A DNA stretch of 60,528 bases, the filler included, from Sphacelaria rigidula (taxonomy: Eukaryota): assembly GCA_964200075.2 (NCBI GenBank). It is 10 parts of 10 records of this genome, joined end to end, with 100 filler letters (N's around TTAATTAATTAA, not from the genome) between each part and the next. Parts side by side here need not be neighbours in the genome. Positions count along the whole stretch, not along the records: positions 24,253 to 30,215 come from CAXNAA020023172.1; positions 30,316 to 36,278 come from CAXNAA020023173.1; 8 more parts are not named here. One strand, given 5' to 3'. Below the pieces are notes generated by a model. The model was given only the letters and a program-made list of their open reading frames with translations, searched no databases and was not told the DNA's origin. Numbering within the stretch: position 1 is the first letter of the stretch; every line of letters begins with the position of its first letter. The translations under genes and the position numbers were made by a program. Below are positions 24,740 to 35,942 of this stretch, piece by piece.

Positions 24740-25500
24740 TGCACTATCCAGAACATAGACCGGAGATAGACATAGGTTGACGGAGCTAACCATTCGCTTC
24801 TCTTCATTAACCAGAACATAGACCTGATATATGACATGACATGACGAAGCTAACCATTCTTGCGTGAACCAGAACACAAACTCGATATAGACTTGAATTG
24901 ACGGCACAAACCACATTTTATTAACATTGATCAGAAAACAGACTGGATATATTTTTCTTCTTCTTCTTCTTCCTCTTTTATTTGTCGCACTTCGAACCCC
25001 TCCCCTTCCTCGGGACGAGTACGTGGTCTCAAGGGATCAACCCATCTCTCCCCGATACACGCCTTGCATTTTGGTCTGGCGGATGGGATCAGCACTCCCG
25101 CACCGCGTCAAATCACGTCAAACAAACTCAGTCAAGTATTTCGTTTACTCATGTTCTCACGCTTTTCACGCTGGAAATCATATCCTACGATGAAAAACCC
25201 CGGCACATCGGGGATCAAACCCTCGTTCTCTCCACCCCAATGGCGACAGTCGGATCATTACACTACCGGGGCGGATATAAACGTGAAATGACGAAGCTAA
25301 CCATACTTTTCTTATCATTAACCAGAACACAGATCTGATAGACTCCAAATGACGAAGCTAATTATTTTCTTCGTTGCACTACCAGAGCACAGCCCGGATG
25401 TGGACATGAAATGACTGAGCTAACCATTCCCTGCTTTGCACTATCCAAAACACGGGCCGGACGTAGACATGAAATGACGGATCTAACCATTTTTTCCCTT
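24740..25500 (+). repeat. ~60-bp tandem array (about 7 units) interrupted by a SINE
   Basis: Repeated core CCAGAACA(C/T)AGACC(G/T)GATATAGACATGAAATGACG(A/G)AGCTAACCATT followed by a variable pyrimidine-rich linker. Confidence 0.8.
24952..25272 (-). mobile_element. tRNA-derived SINE, family 2, with (GAA)n/A tail and 7-bp TSD GGATATA
   Basis: Minus strand starts GCCCCGGTAGTGTAATG (A box) and contains GGTTTGATCC (B-box-like). GGATATA is duplicated at 24945-24951 and 25273-25279. Confidence 0.75.
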
Positions 25501-26155
25501 CCCCATACATCCCGAAGCAGAAACAGTCAAGACTTTTCTCCCCATATCGCAACAAAGGTGAAACATAAAAGAAAGCAAAAACCAGTAAATATTCTTTTCC
25601 TCATATCACAACAAGGTAAGACATAAAATAAAGCAAAAACCAGATATGTCAGTAATAGCTTAAAGGATAATCACCTTACACACAGGATCGGAAAAGACGG
25701 CGATTGCAGATAGAGTGAGGTCACTCCCACATGTCAAATTCACATGAAGGTTGGGTCTCGTGGTGAGATGCCTGGAAATTGTTCCGATTCTCGTTGGGCG
25801 GTTGATATCTGGCAAGACACTATACGAAAATCCCCTATTTTAGGTGCGCCTGCGACAAATGAAGGGAAGGGAGGGATGATGCATGACAACGACGCCAAGA
25901 CCTACTACACTCATTAAAGAATCATCTTGCCAACGACTGACCGCATGACCAGAAAGAAGGAGCACCAAGAGGTACGTACGTGTCTTGATATCTTGAACGA
26001 TGGAAGTCGGTTCATAGTGTTGGGGAATCGTTGCAAAGTTTCCGATGGCGACAGCCTACTTGGAAGCATTATTGGTGTAGCTGCCCATGATGAAACGTAC
26101 ATAGCAAAGGAGAATGTGATGTGCGGGACATCCCAATGTGTGAGTGAGACTTCAC

Positions 26156-26642
26156 CACTATATTCGTGAGATTCAGAGTGTAGTTTCAGAGTCAGAGTCA
26201 GGATTTCAAACGGAAGAACTGTTTTCTTTGTGGTCAACTCTTATGCGAAACAGTTTGCGTCACTAATCAACCAGCCCGAGTAATGAACGTGCGTGTTTTC
26301 ACAGCCTCAAATGTTCGTTGATTCGTGACGCGAACTGTTTCGCATAAGAATCGACTACAAAGAAAGCAGTTCTTCCGTTTGAAATTCTGACTCTGAATCT
26401 GAAACTACACTCTGATTCTCACGAATATAGTGTTTAACACATTCCTTTGGGGAGAATCGGGGGAAAAGCGTACAAAATCAACCAAAATTGGAGGCTGTGA
26501 AAACACGCACGTTCATTACTTGGGCTGGTTGATTAGTGAGGAAAGTTTTTCGCATAAGAATTGACCACAAAGAAAACAGTTCTTCCGTTTGAAATCCTGA
26601 CTCTGAATCTGAAACTACACTCTGAACCTCACGAATATAGTG
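26156..26642. mobile_element. Non-autonomous CACTA (EnSpm)-type element with a duplicated arm
   Basis: CACTATATTCGTGAG at 26156 is inverted at 26432 and again at 26642; arms exceed 100 bp; outer flanks CAC/TAC. Confidence 0.75.
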
Positions 26643-26739
26643 TACTTTGTGGTATACACGTCGTCCTTGAACCTTGTGCGATAAAAATGACGTTGAGGAA
26701 TTGGAGGAAAGTAACCAGCACAGCAGTGGGGCAACACGA

Positions 26740-29700
26740 TAGAAGATATGATCTTGAGGCGTGTGGAGAGGGGGAAAGGCAAAAGGACGGAAAAGTAAGG
26801 ATAGGGAAGCGGGGGGAGTGGGATTCATAGTCGAGAAATGCCTGCGTGGCATGTTGGTGGTAATCAAAGATACAACACTCTACGAGGGCATACAGATAGG
26901 GGTATCAGGAGAGCGGGGAATGGAGGATTTGCACGTAGGTAACATCTATTTGACCCCAGAATCGAAGATTACAGTGAGAGATGCACAGAAGAAGTTCGGA
27001 GAGATAGAAATAGATGTACAGAAGAATAGCAAGCATGAAAAAGTAATGTTAGTTAGAAATTTGAATGCAAGAGTTGGAGAAGCAAGCCAACCGAACGACA
27101 TCACAACACGGGGGAACGAAGAAAAATGCGCATCGGGTAGAAAGATGAAGACATTGAACAATAGATCAAAAAGCCAGATTCACAATGGACATAGACGAGA
27201 CAATGCATACAGTAGGGGGAACACACCATTCTTGACTGTATCGTGGTAGAATATGGAAGCATTAAGGAAACAGAAGTACATGTATACGCAGCGGATGTAG
27301 GGGCTTCGGATCGCAGCCTAATGTTTGTAAAACCAGGTGCATGGATAAAGTTAACACGCCAGACAGCGCTGATACGCCGGGGTATATAAATATATGTGTA
27401 AGGTTGACCCAATGTATTGTAATAACACATGAGGAGAGCTCCAGACAGGAGGGTCACTCAGGGCGAGTGATCCACGGGGCACGAGCATCGACTGTGCTCC
27501 CCGGTTCCTACAATCATCTTCGATACAATTCCCTGGCTACTACCCGTACATCATTATCGCGTACCGAGTACTCCAAACACCTAATATGGACAGTCGAAAG
27601 ATGAGAGCAATCAGAAATAGGCGGGGTAGGAAGCTGTGCAAATGAAGAACAGGTGAACTACTAATGAAAAAGAATCAGCAAGAGTTCCAAGAAGAAGAGA
27701 CGACCAAAAATGCAGTGGAATTTTCCAAGCTGCTTGCTGCAAAGCATAGGCACGAGCGAAGAACACACATGGATGGGAGCAATTGGTCAAGACCATAGCG
27801 AGTGAAGACTGTATCCAAAATATACCAAGGCGTAGTATAGCATGTAGGGTTCTGGATGATGACTTATAAGACGTAGGGAAGAAGATGATGGTGGTATGCA
27901 ACAGAAGAGTAAAATGGTGGAACGAGGAAGTAAAATAGGCTATCAGGATAAAGAGAGGCCCACGCAAGATGTACATCAAGCAAAGCTACGGTAAGGTGGG
28001 AAGAGCATGACATAGCCAGAGAAAAAACTAGAAAACGTGGTGAAGAAGAGAAATAAGGGAACAGTGAAAGAGTAGGTTAATTAATAAGAATCGCAGGCTT
28101 TGATGGAGGGATAAAGCAAAGGTGGGCAGCGATAAAGGGATACTGCGCAAACAGGCGGGAGGCGCGCAGACAAGGGAGTAGCCACACTGAGAGCACAGAG
28201 CAGTAAAATGGTTTATAGTTTGAAGGGGGGAGAGAAACGCGGGTGAAATATTACCGACAACTTGGATTGCCATCATTTAACGAGAGATTCGACGCGGAAT
28301 TCGAGGAAGAAATCAAGACGTGGGCAGAGGTAAACGTGGAGGCATCAAAACGGGAAGACAATGGTTCAAAACAATTGCAGAGAGAGTTCGCAAGAGAGGA
28401 AGTAAAGGAGTGTGTAGCTAAACTCAAGAAGAGAAAGGCAACAGGAGTAGACGATAGAGTGAATGAATTTATGAAGTACGAGGAAGGGGGAAAGATTACC
28501 GTGGTGATTCTTTTGTCTGATTGGGTCTAGGAAGGCCAGCACACACCCAAGAGGTGAGGAAAAGAAGCAGTAGTAAACATGTCCAAGAAAGGAGACAAGG
28601 CTGACCCGGAGTAGTGTAGAGGGACAACGCTACCTAGCACCGTAGAGAACACCTTCTGTAAGATTCTAAATGATAGAGTGGAAACGATGCTGGAGAAGGA
28701 CAAAAGCAGTGAGGGGCAAACACCGTTTAGACCAAAGCGTAGCTGTGTAAACCATACGTACACATTAAGTAGGAATATTCAAGGTAGGAAAAACTCCGGG
28801 CTAACAACGTAGCATCTTTCTGGATGTATAGAAGGCCGATGATACCGCATGGAGAAACGGGCTGTGGAAACATAATATGTTGGAAAATGAGGTCAGAAAA
28901 ACGATGTGGAGAAGGGTGAAAAAGATTAAATAATGTGCTAGAAGTGTTACTTTGCTAGCTGGAGAGATATCGAAATATTTTTGTATTTTGCAAGAAGTTG
29001 CACAAGGGTGTACGTAATCAACGACTTTATACAAGGTGATCATTAATGACCTGGTAATAGCAAATAGAAACAGCAAAGCAAGGAGTCAAGACGGGGGGAG
29101 ATATGATATCGGGATGGTGTTCGCGGATGATATCGTGGGAATACATATAAAACGCCAGAAGGATTGCAGAAACAAACAGAGGAGGCGCTAGAATACACAG
29201 GGAAGTGGAGAGTGACAGCGGACGCAAGCAAATGCGCGGTAGATGTATGTAATGCAGATAGGGAGAGCCCAGTGGATATCAAGAGGAAGTGGGGAGAAGA
29301 GGGATTGCCGATAGACCAGTACACACAGCTTGTCGTAGAGATTTCAACAAACTGTTCTTGGGATGCATACATCAATGAAGTAATAGGAAAGGGTGAGGCA
29401 GTGTCACCCTACGATAAGGGGCGGGGGATTGATTCCACGAAGAACAGGTCTCACAAGTATGTGCGACGATCTACCATACTCGTGGTGTGCTTGTAATTGG
29501 GTGAGAACGGTCTCAAGCAGAATGAATGAGTGCTGTTTATCGGTAACACGCGCGTTCGGACAACCGCTATCGCTTCCAACGACGATTTGAAATGAAATTT
29601 CGTGGATGAAATGCCCCAATCCCCCTACCCCTTGTCGTAGTATAATGACTCGAAACATATCGGCAAGATCGACGTGATCCTGAAAGACTCGCACCTTGAC

Positions 29701-30130
29701 ACTGGGATTACAGCAATGCTACGGTAGGGGTGCACTTTCTGCGCGCCATCTTGTCTAGTTCAGGGGCTGCAAACGATTCTAGATGCACAAGAACATGGGT
29801 CAGGGCATCCCCGTTCGCAAATTCATTCGGGATGTCCCCGGCACATTGGAATAGTAACCCTGGCGTACTCGCACACATTTTCATAAGTCGTGTTTTGCAT
29901 GAGATAAAGGGTTCCTGAATTCGATACTCAGAAAACATTTGCACCCCTACCGTACCATCACTCATTAAGAGATGTGTTTTGGTGAATGTGATTGTATCAA
30001 AGCTAGAGTATGCTGGAGAAGTATGGGGAGGGAGCGCGAAGTTCGTGAAGCAACTGGAAACAGCACAGATGACAGCCGCTGAGAAGACACGGGTGCTCAA
30101 AAACGACGAGTATTACAGTATTCAGGGCAC
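26740..30130 (+). pseudogene. Degenerate LINE ORF2 (apurinic endonuclease and RT) with internal insertions
   Basis: GGVGFIV, GNIYLTPES and NLNARVG (endonuclease); KRKATGVD, FRPKRSC, FLDV-KA, FADD (~29120) and KLEYAGEVW (RT and C-terminus); many stops. Confidence 0.88.
29722..29952. mobile_element. Tc1/mariner-type MITE inserted in the LINE
   Basis: TA|CGGTAGGGGTGCA...TGCACCCCTACCG|TA. Confidence 0.75.
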
Positions 30131-30399
30131 AGTTGGCAGTCATCCTACCACGGGGGCGCGGGGGGGGGGTACTCATGATCATGCATGCCATAGTCATATG
30201 ACCATCGACCTCGCANNNNNNNNNNNNNNNNNNNNNNNNNNNNNNNNNNNNNNNNNNNNTTAATTAATTAANNNNNNNNNNNNNNNNNNNNNNNNNNNNN
30301 NNNNNNNNNNNNNNNAGATTTTAATCCTCCGGGTTCTCATCCTCAATCAAAAGCACCATCCTCAACATAGATGATTGGCTGTTCTCAGCAAATTGTCAC

Positions 30400-31760
30400 G
30401 TGTTTCTGGGTATGACGACGGCGGCTTTTGTTTGTCGGCGTGTGCGAAAACCGATGACCGATCCCCCCGGGCTTCCTCAGTACGCGTCGTGCGGCGATTA
30501 TCGCTGCACAATCCTGGAGCTTCAATCGGCCACTGCTGCCGCTCCTCGATCCTATACCGCGAGCTCTCTCGTTGGTCTTTCCACCGGTATGAGTTTTTGC
30601 ATGCGCTACCTCAATGTTGAAAGTGATGTCTTCTTGATCGTTATGCCTTGGCGGGCCCCTTGAAACCGATGAACGTGAAATCCTATCGCGAGTGTTGCGC
30701 TGCCCCTTGATGTTCGTTCGATTGTGGGTAATACAGTTCCTGTTGCCTGAGGAACAGTCTGGTTTGTGTGGGTTGCCAGCGTGTTGGCCGTGAGACCATT
30801 CGAGTAACGCGCTGATTTTATCGGCGGCGTGTAGTTTATTTTGTATTTCATGTTGATGGGTTAAATTTGACCGTCCGGGTGACATGCTTGTCTTGTAGGT
30901 TGTGGTTGGCAGGCCAAGCGCCTCCCGTGTGTACCAGAGCCTTGCTGATCGCGCAACCGCATGGACCCTGCGCCGAAGCTGGAATCCCGTTATTTGCCAT
31001 GATGCGGAAGTTCTCCCTTGCCTTTGTTTTATTTTCATCTTCTTTTTTTTGTGGTGTGGGAGATGAATGTGAAACGTGAGGCTTTGAATCTCTTCGAGCA
31101 TCTGCATGCTCACCTTCTAGAGTGGGCAATTGTCATGGTATTTGAAGGATCTAGCGTCGATAAGGTACCGCAACACTCTGGACATGAAGATGTCAAAGTA
31201 AATGAACGTTAGATATGACTCTTGGTTGGCCGTCGAGGCATGTCAGCTTGCTGGAAGATCCAATGTGATGTTCTGGATGGTCGATGGGAGATACAGTATG
31301 GTTGATGTATGCTGCACATTGAATGATCATGTGCATAAAGGATAGTGTTCCCGGAACATTCGTTGGATGGTAGATTTCTGCTCCTTGGTTATTGCATTAT
31401 GATTTGATACGGATGTAATTCCTGCGTAAGGTCGTCACACCACCGCCCTGAGCTCATCTGAGCTCACTCTATTTTGGGCCCAGGATATCAGCAACCTTGT
31501 CGCCGTTGCTCTGAGTTCCAAGTGAGTCCTTACCAGAGATTTTTGTGATCGTGGGGAAAATATTCGCTCTGGTTCGTATTGTGAACTAGAAGAAGATAAT
31601 CTATTTCTGTGACAACTGGATTTGAACTACTTCTTTGATTTGGATCTGGGTCGGTTGTTACTGAGCAGCAGTGCATTGCAATCTGGCACATATGACTTGA
31701 GCCTCTGTTCGTGAGAACATATCAGGGCGAATGTGGACTAAGGCTGCCTTCTCCAAGGCG
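30400..31760 (-). pseudogene. Possible very old non-LTR RT remnant
   Basis: Only faint motif-like strings across frames (PD..E..LK..P; F.IFM..VLRYL); no intact catalytic motif. Confidence 0.25.
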
Positions 31761-31820
31761 ACTAGCCATTAGTTCATAATACCGTGTTGTCACGTATTTT
31801 GTGTTTCCGACCAACGGTTC

Positions 31821-32438
31821 CAAGGGTCTGTCGAGAGAAAAAAATCGGACACGGAGCTCCCCCCCTCCCGGAGGACAATTTTCGAAAATTGTCATGATTT
31901 TTTATATATTTTTTGTGAACTTTTTTTGAGTTTTTTGTATTTGTTGATATTGTTGAAAGAAATTGGTCAACAAACACTGACAAAAACCGAAAAGTCTGGC
32001 GGGCTTTGCGAGGTTCGTATATTTGCTTCTGCTCCTTGCCCGCCCTGTCCCAATGACGTGGAGGCCGGCAACGCATACACACATCCATGTATAATACACG
32101 AGCGCACGATAGCGACAGCCTGTAGCTAAAGTAGTAGCATTATCTCACGCCCCGCCAAATTTTCCCGGACTACTAGTGGTAGGTAGTCGAGACACACGAC
32201 ACGGGACAGGATCCCATAAATGTCATCATGATGGTAGGTGATGAGCTTGGAGGAGCGGTGTGTCCGCCATCTCAGCGGTTTCCATGCCAAGGATCTCTGT
32301 ACACGGCAGCTGACCGCATCCGCCAACGCCGCGGCAGTAAACTAGGGAACAGCAGGCCGGTTCCCCCCCCCCCATCAAAGACTCGAATTTTCGATCTTGG
32401 TGCCTACGTGTCCCGAGATATTTTTTGACAGACCCTTG
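31821..32438. mobile_element. Non-autonomous TIR element with CAAGGG ends (P-element-like)
   Basis: CAAGGGTCTGTC...GACAGACCCTTG; flanks ACGGTTC/GCGGTTC (or a perfect 5-bp CGGTT if the ends are CCAAGG). Confidence 0.65.
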
Positions 32439-32925
32439 GCGGTTCCAAGAAGCATCTCTCGATTGGTTACTCTAGGTAGCTCATCAACTGTCCGACGTGT
32501 GCAGGTATGGTCATCCCAAAGTACGAGGGTAGTCTAAAAATCGCTCCGGCTTCTGTCTGTGTGAGGGAGTGAAGGAGTGAGAATTCATTTTTCCGGACCA
32601 CTGCATGAGGCTAGAACATGCATTTTTTCCACACGCACCTTGGACAAATGTCATGAGATACAAAATGCCTCTACGTTACCCAGTACATTTTCCGTCTATT
32701 GCATCTATTATTGACCATAGATATTGTCCAGGGCGTGATTTTTCCTCATGTTTTTTTGCGCACGGATGCCGTACATGTCCCCGACTCAGTGTCTTGTGAC
32801 ATAGTGCAACTCTTGTCGGCCGTCAAATTCATACCACTGGGGTGCAGCGGCATTTGTGACCCATTTTTCCAATACCGCACATTAGGCGAAAAACATGTAC
32901 ATTTCCTTGGCAGAAAGGACGAAAG

Positions 32926-33255
32926 AGTGTGTGTTGTCCCGTCTATTCTGGACGCCGGTCTACACCTTCTGGTATATTTGGGCGCAACAGCCGGGGGTCA
33001 CATATTATAACGAAGGTTGACACAGGATTTTTTTCTTTTTTCTTGTTTCAGTTCTCCACCTCCATTCTGCGGTGCTTGCCTTTATTTTTTCATCGCGAGA
33101 GGGGTTCAGCAGTCCCTTTCCCTCGTCGACCATTTAGTCAAATTTCGTGTACCCACACGACATAGACGTTCTCCACTGCTGTTGGGCATTGTCTTGAGAC
33201 AAACTCGCAAATCGCTCCGAGATTCGAATCCACAACCCAACCGAGCCACCGGGGC
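32926..33255 (-). mobile_element. tRNA-derived SINE, family 1
   Basis: Starts GCCCCGGTGGCTCGGTTG and has a GGATTCGAATC B box; body homologous to 7270-7619. Confidence 0.75.
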
Positions 33256-34945
33256 GCGCGGAAAGAATATCTTTCCTAGACTGAGACCCTGTCGTTTAAC
33301 ACTGTACTTCAATAAGGTCGCATAGAGTGTTTCCTCTCGTTTCTCTTCGTATTTTCTCTGTTTCGTCCTAGCCTTTCACAATTTTCCTTCAGCGAGTTTT
33401 TCCTTTTTGTTCCCTTGATATGTCCATCCCATGACGACGACCGGATACCCTGGGGATAAGCTAGTGCACGATACATAACCAATAAATCAAATACGTCTAT
33501 ACACCCAAAGGTCTCCATCTTCTGACTAATTTGTGCGTTTCGAGAGTCATGATGCGGCGTACGCACCCAACATACTGCGCTCAACAGCATGGCGATTGGC
33601 CACCATGAAAACTCCCCGCACACACAAACCGGCGAGTCCAACAAGCTGCCCGGAGCGTTGTATGCATGGTTTGCGGATTTCAAGTAAAATGCTACACTCA
33701 ACGTTTGCCTCTTGGGTATCATAGCAAAATATCCAAACTCATTTCTGCACGGCAAAGAGATATAACTGCACCAACATAGAATTGAAGACACCCACGTTCT
33801 ACATTTGGCATCTAGCCTCCTCTTTTTTCGCTATACTAAAACTACTGCTACCGTGGGGTACAAACGTTTGTAACAACACAGTGGCACTAGTACACTGCAC
33901 TCACCTAAAAGCACACATACAGATCTACACGGATGCTCTATCTACCAGCGTTTGGGCGGTGCCCCACAGCGGAGAGGCACGTGAGCATGGCCTGAAGCCA
34001 TGGCGTGTGCTTCTCAGTATGCTCCCCTTCACATTTGTCGCCAAGCAAGGGTACAGCTACACAACAGAAATAGCACACTCATTTTTTCCCACTTCAACAC
34101 TGACCGAAAAGAAAGAGTATGGGAAGCAACAGGCTTCAAAGGGCCCCGCGGCCCATCCATCTCGATGACTCTATGTGTCAGCGCCCTGGCGATAACTTCA
34201 GCGACGCCGATGTTGCAGCGCATCTACAGTTCACACTGGATATCTTCGCTGAAGGCATAAGCGATTTGGGGGCACTCCTGGTAAATACGGAAGCGGAACG
34301 CCACAGGAGGGGAGGAATGGACAGGGGGGGGCGGGGGGGTTGTACCGGGCAAAAAGCAGATTCCCATCTCACAAGGACTGCAAGCCAAACGAAATGTGCG
34401 GAAGGAGGGAAATACTGGAGAGAAGAATGCACTTGTTGCAAGCGGCAAGCTGCTGCTCGCTGCGCATTGGCGAGCGACCCTGTATTGAAAATAAAATAGT
34501 TGAGATCTGAACAAGATATTTTCGTGGATTCGTGGAGAGCCGAGGTTGGGGAATCTGAATACAGGTGTGAGTAAGCTGCCAGACGCATTGACCTATCTTA
34601 AAACTGAAATTGGTGTGTGTATTAAGGCACCATGGCTAGACTTGAAGCAGGGGTGTGCGTTGAGATATAGAGATTGATGAGATTCCACCGCGCGTAATGA
34701 AAACCGAACCAAGCTGGTGAATGAAAGCTGGTGAACGAGAACCAACGAGGCGACTGAAAATTAGAGTTGCCTGGACACCAACTCACACCCGAGAGAAGGG
34801 GTGGAGAAGAACATCAGTTCGACTGCTGACTTCATTTACGTTAGGTCACTCTTACAGCTGCTGAAGAGGCCTTTATAGAGTGCTTTCATGCATGATGATT
34901 TTTGGTGATAAGTCTAAGATTTGTAATATGATCGAAACACCAAAC

Positions 34946-35395
34946 GGGGGGGTACTCATGAGGGGGGGGGGCGTACTCGTAATCTTGTATGCCGTAGTCA
35001 TAATACCGTTGACCTCGCACCCCTACAAAGAACAGCTGATCATCGAAATCGGTCATGGAGCTTTTTATTGGGGATGATAAACCGGAAAATTAAAATCGCC
35101 GCATCCCCGCCAATCCTTCGGTTGTTATCCTCAATGAAAAACTCCATTCTCAATTTCGATGATCGGGTGTTACAGCCGCGACATAACATGGCGAGTTTTC
35201 GCCGGACCAGGCTCGCAATCACTATGCGCGAAGCGCCGTAATGTGTTCGGCGAGTCGCATGATGAGCGGTGAGCTGCATCCTGCTAAGATTGTTCGGGCC
35301 AAAGCCTACTGATTATCTTGCATTTGGATGTCAGTCTCCAATGAGTTGCTTCATTTTCTGGTATCGCCACTTCCAGAGACAGCCACGTGTTAGCT
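34946..35395 (+). repeat. Dispersed repeat, G-run-TACTCATGATCATGCATGCC family, with a nested hairpin element
   Basis: Colinear with 53497-53795; partial copies at 30152-30215, 36170-36278 and 39447-39490. Confidence 0.8.
35031..35171. mobile_element. 141-bp hairpin MITE, AACA...TGTT ends
   Basis: Inverted arms related to the AACACG family. It is absent from the paralogous sites at ~36250 and ~53574. Flanks AAAG/ACAG. Confidence 0.75.
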
Positions 35396-35776
35396 TTTTC
35401 TTATGGGTGTCCAACCGTTCAAATACTAAGTAGTACAATCATACCCTTTGCGCGGAGTTGAGGTTCTCTACCCCGCACAATATGATCTAGTTCGACAGAC
35501 ATCATGGTTACCGCAAAATAACGCAAGCGAGCAACATACGGTAACCTGGTTATGTCCCTTACGCAGTGAGTGCCATGGTTAACAGCGTCGTTGCCAACCG
35601 ACTTCAATCCTGGGAAGGAAAGGGGCGTGTGCATGTTTGAAGGGGGGGGGGGCAAACAGATGTGCCATCCTTTGATAACGTGTGAAGCTGCCCTGAAACT
35701 TGTCATGAAAAACAAAGAAAACACGATCATGAAGTGGTCTTGATCCACTTTTCGTGTGATATCGAAGCCATCTTAC

Positions 35777-35942
35777 GTCGGCAGAGTTGTCCTCGAATAC
35801 AAGGTCAGCAGCCTCCGTCGGTAGCGTAAGCGTGGGACTCTCGTAGTCAGGGGTGGACGAGAACGAGGGCTGCTCCATCCTCAGGAATATCCCGGCGCCC
35901 AAATACGCCGTGTTACTCCGGAAAGTCGTCGTACCCGCCAAC
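35777..35942 (-). CDS. Probable exon of a beta-helix / polymorphic-membrane-protein-like protein
   Basis: Bounded by tag|G and C|gtaaga. Encodes LAGTTTFRSNTAYLGAGIFL...LVFEDNSAD, with two FxxNxA motifs. Confidence 0.5.

Noticed and set aside
24197..24916. 239-aa minus-strand protein gene
   Set aside because: No recognisable domain; it overlaps a tandem repeat and lies antisense to RT-like motifs.
24740..25500. CRISPR array
   Set aside because: Repeats are degenerate, linkers are short and similar to each other, there are no cas genes and the context is eukaryotic.
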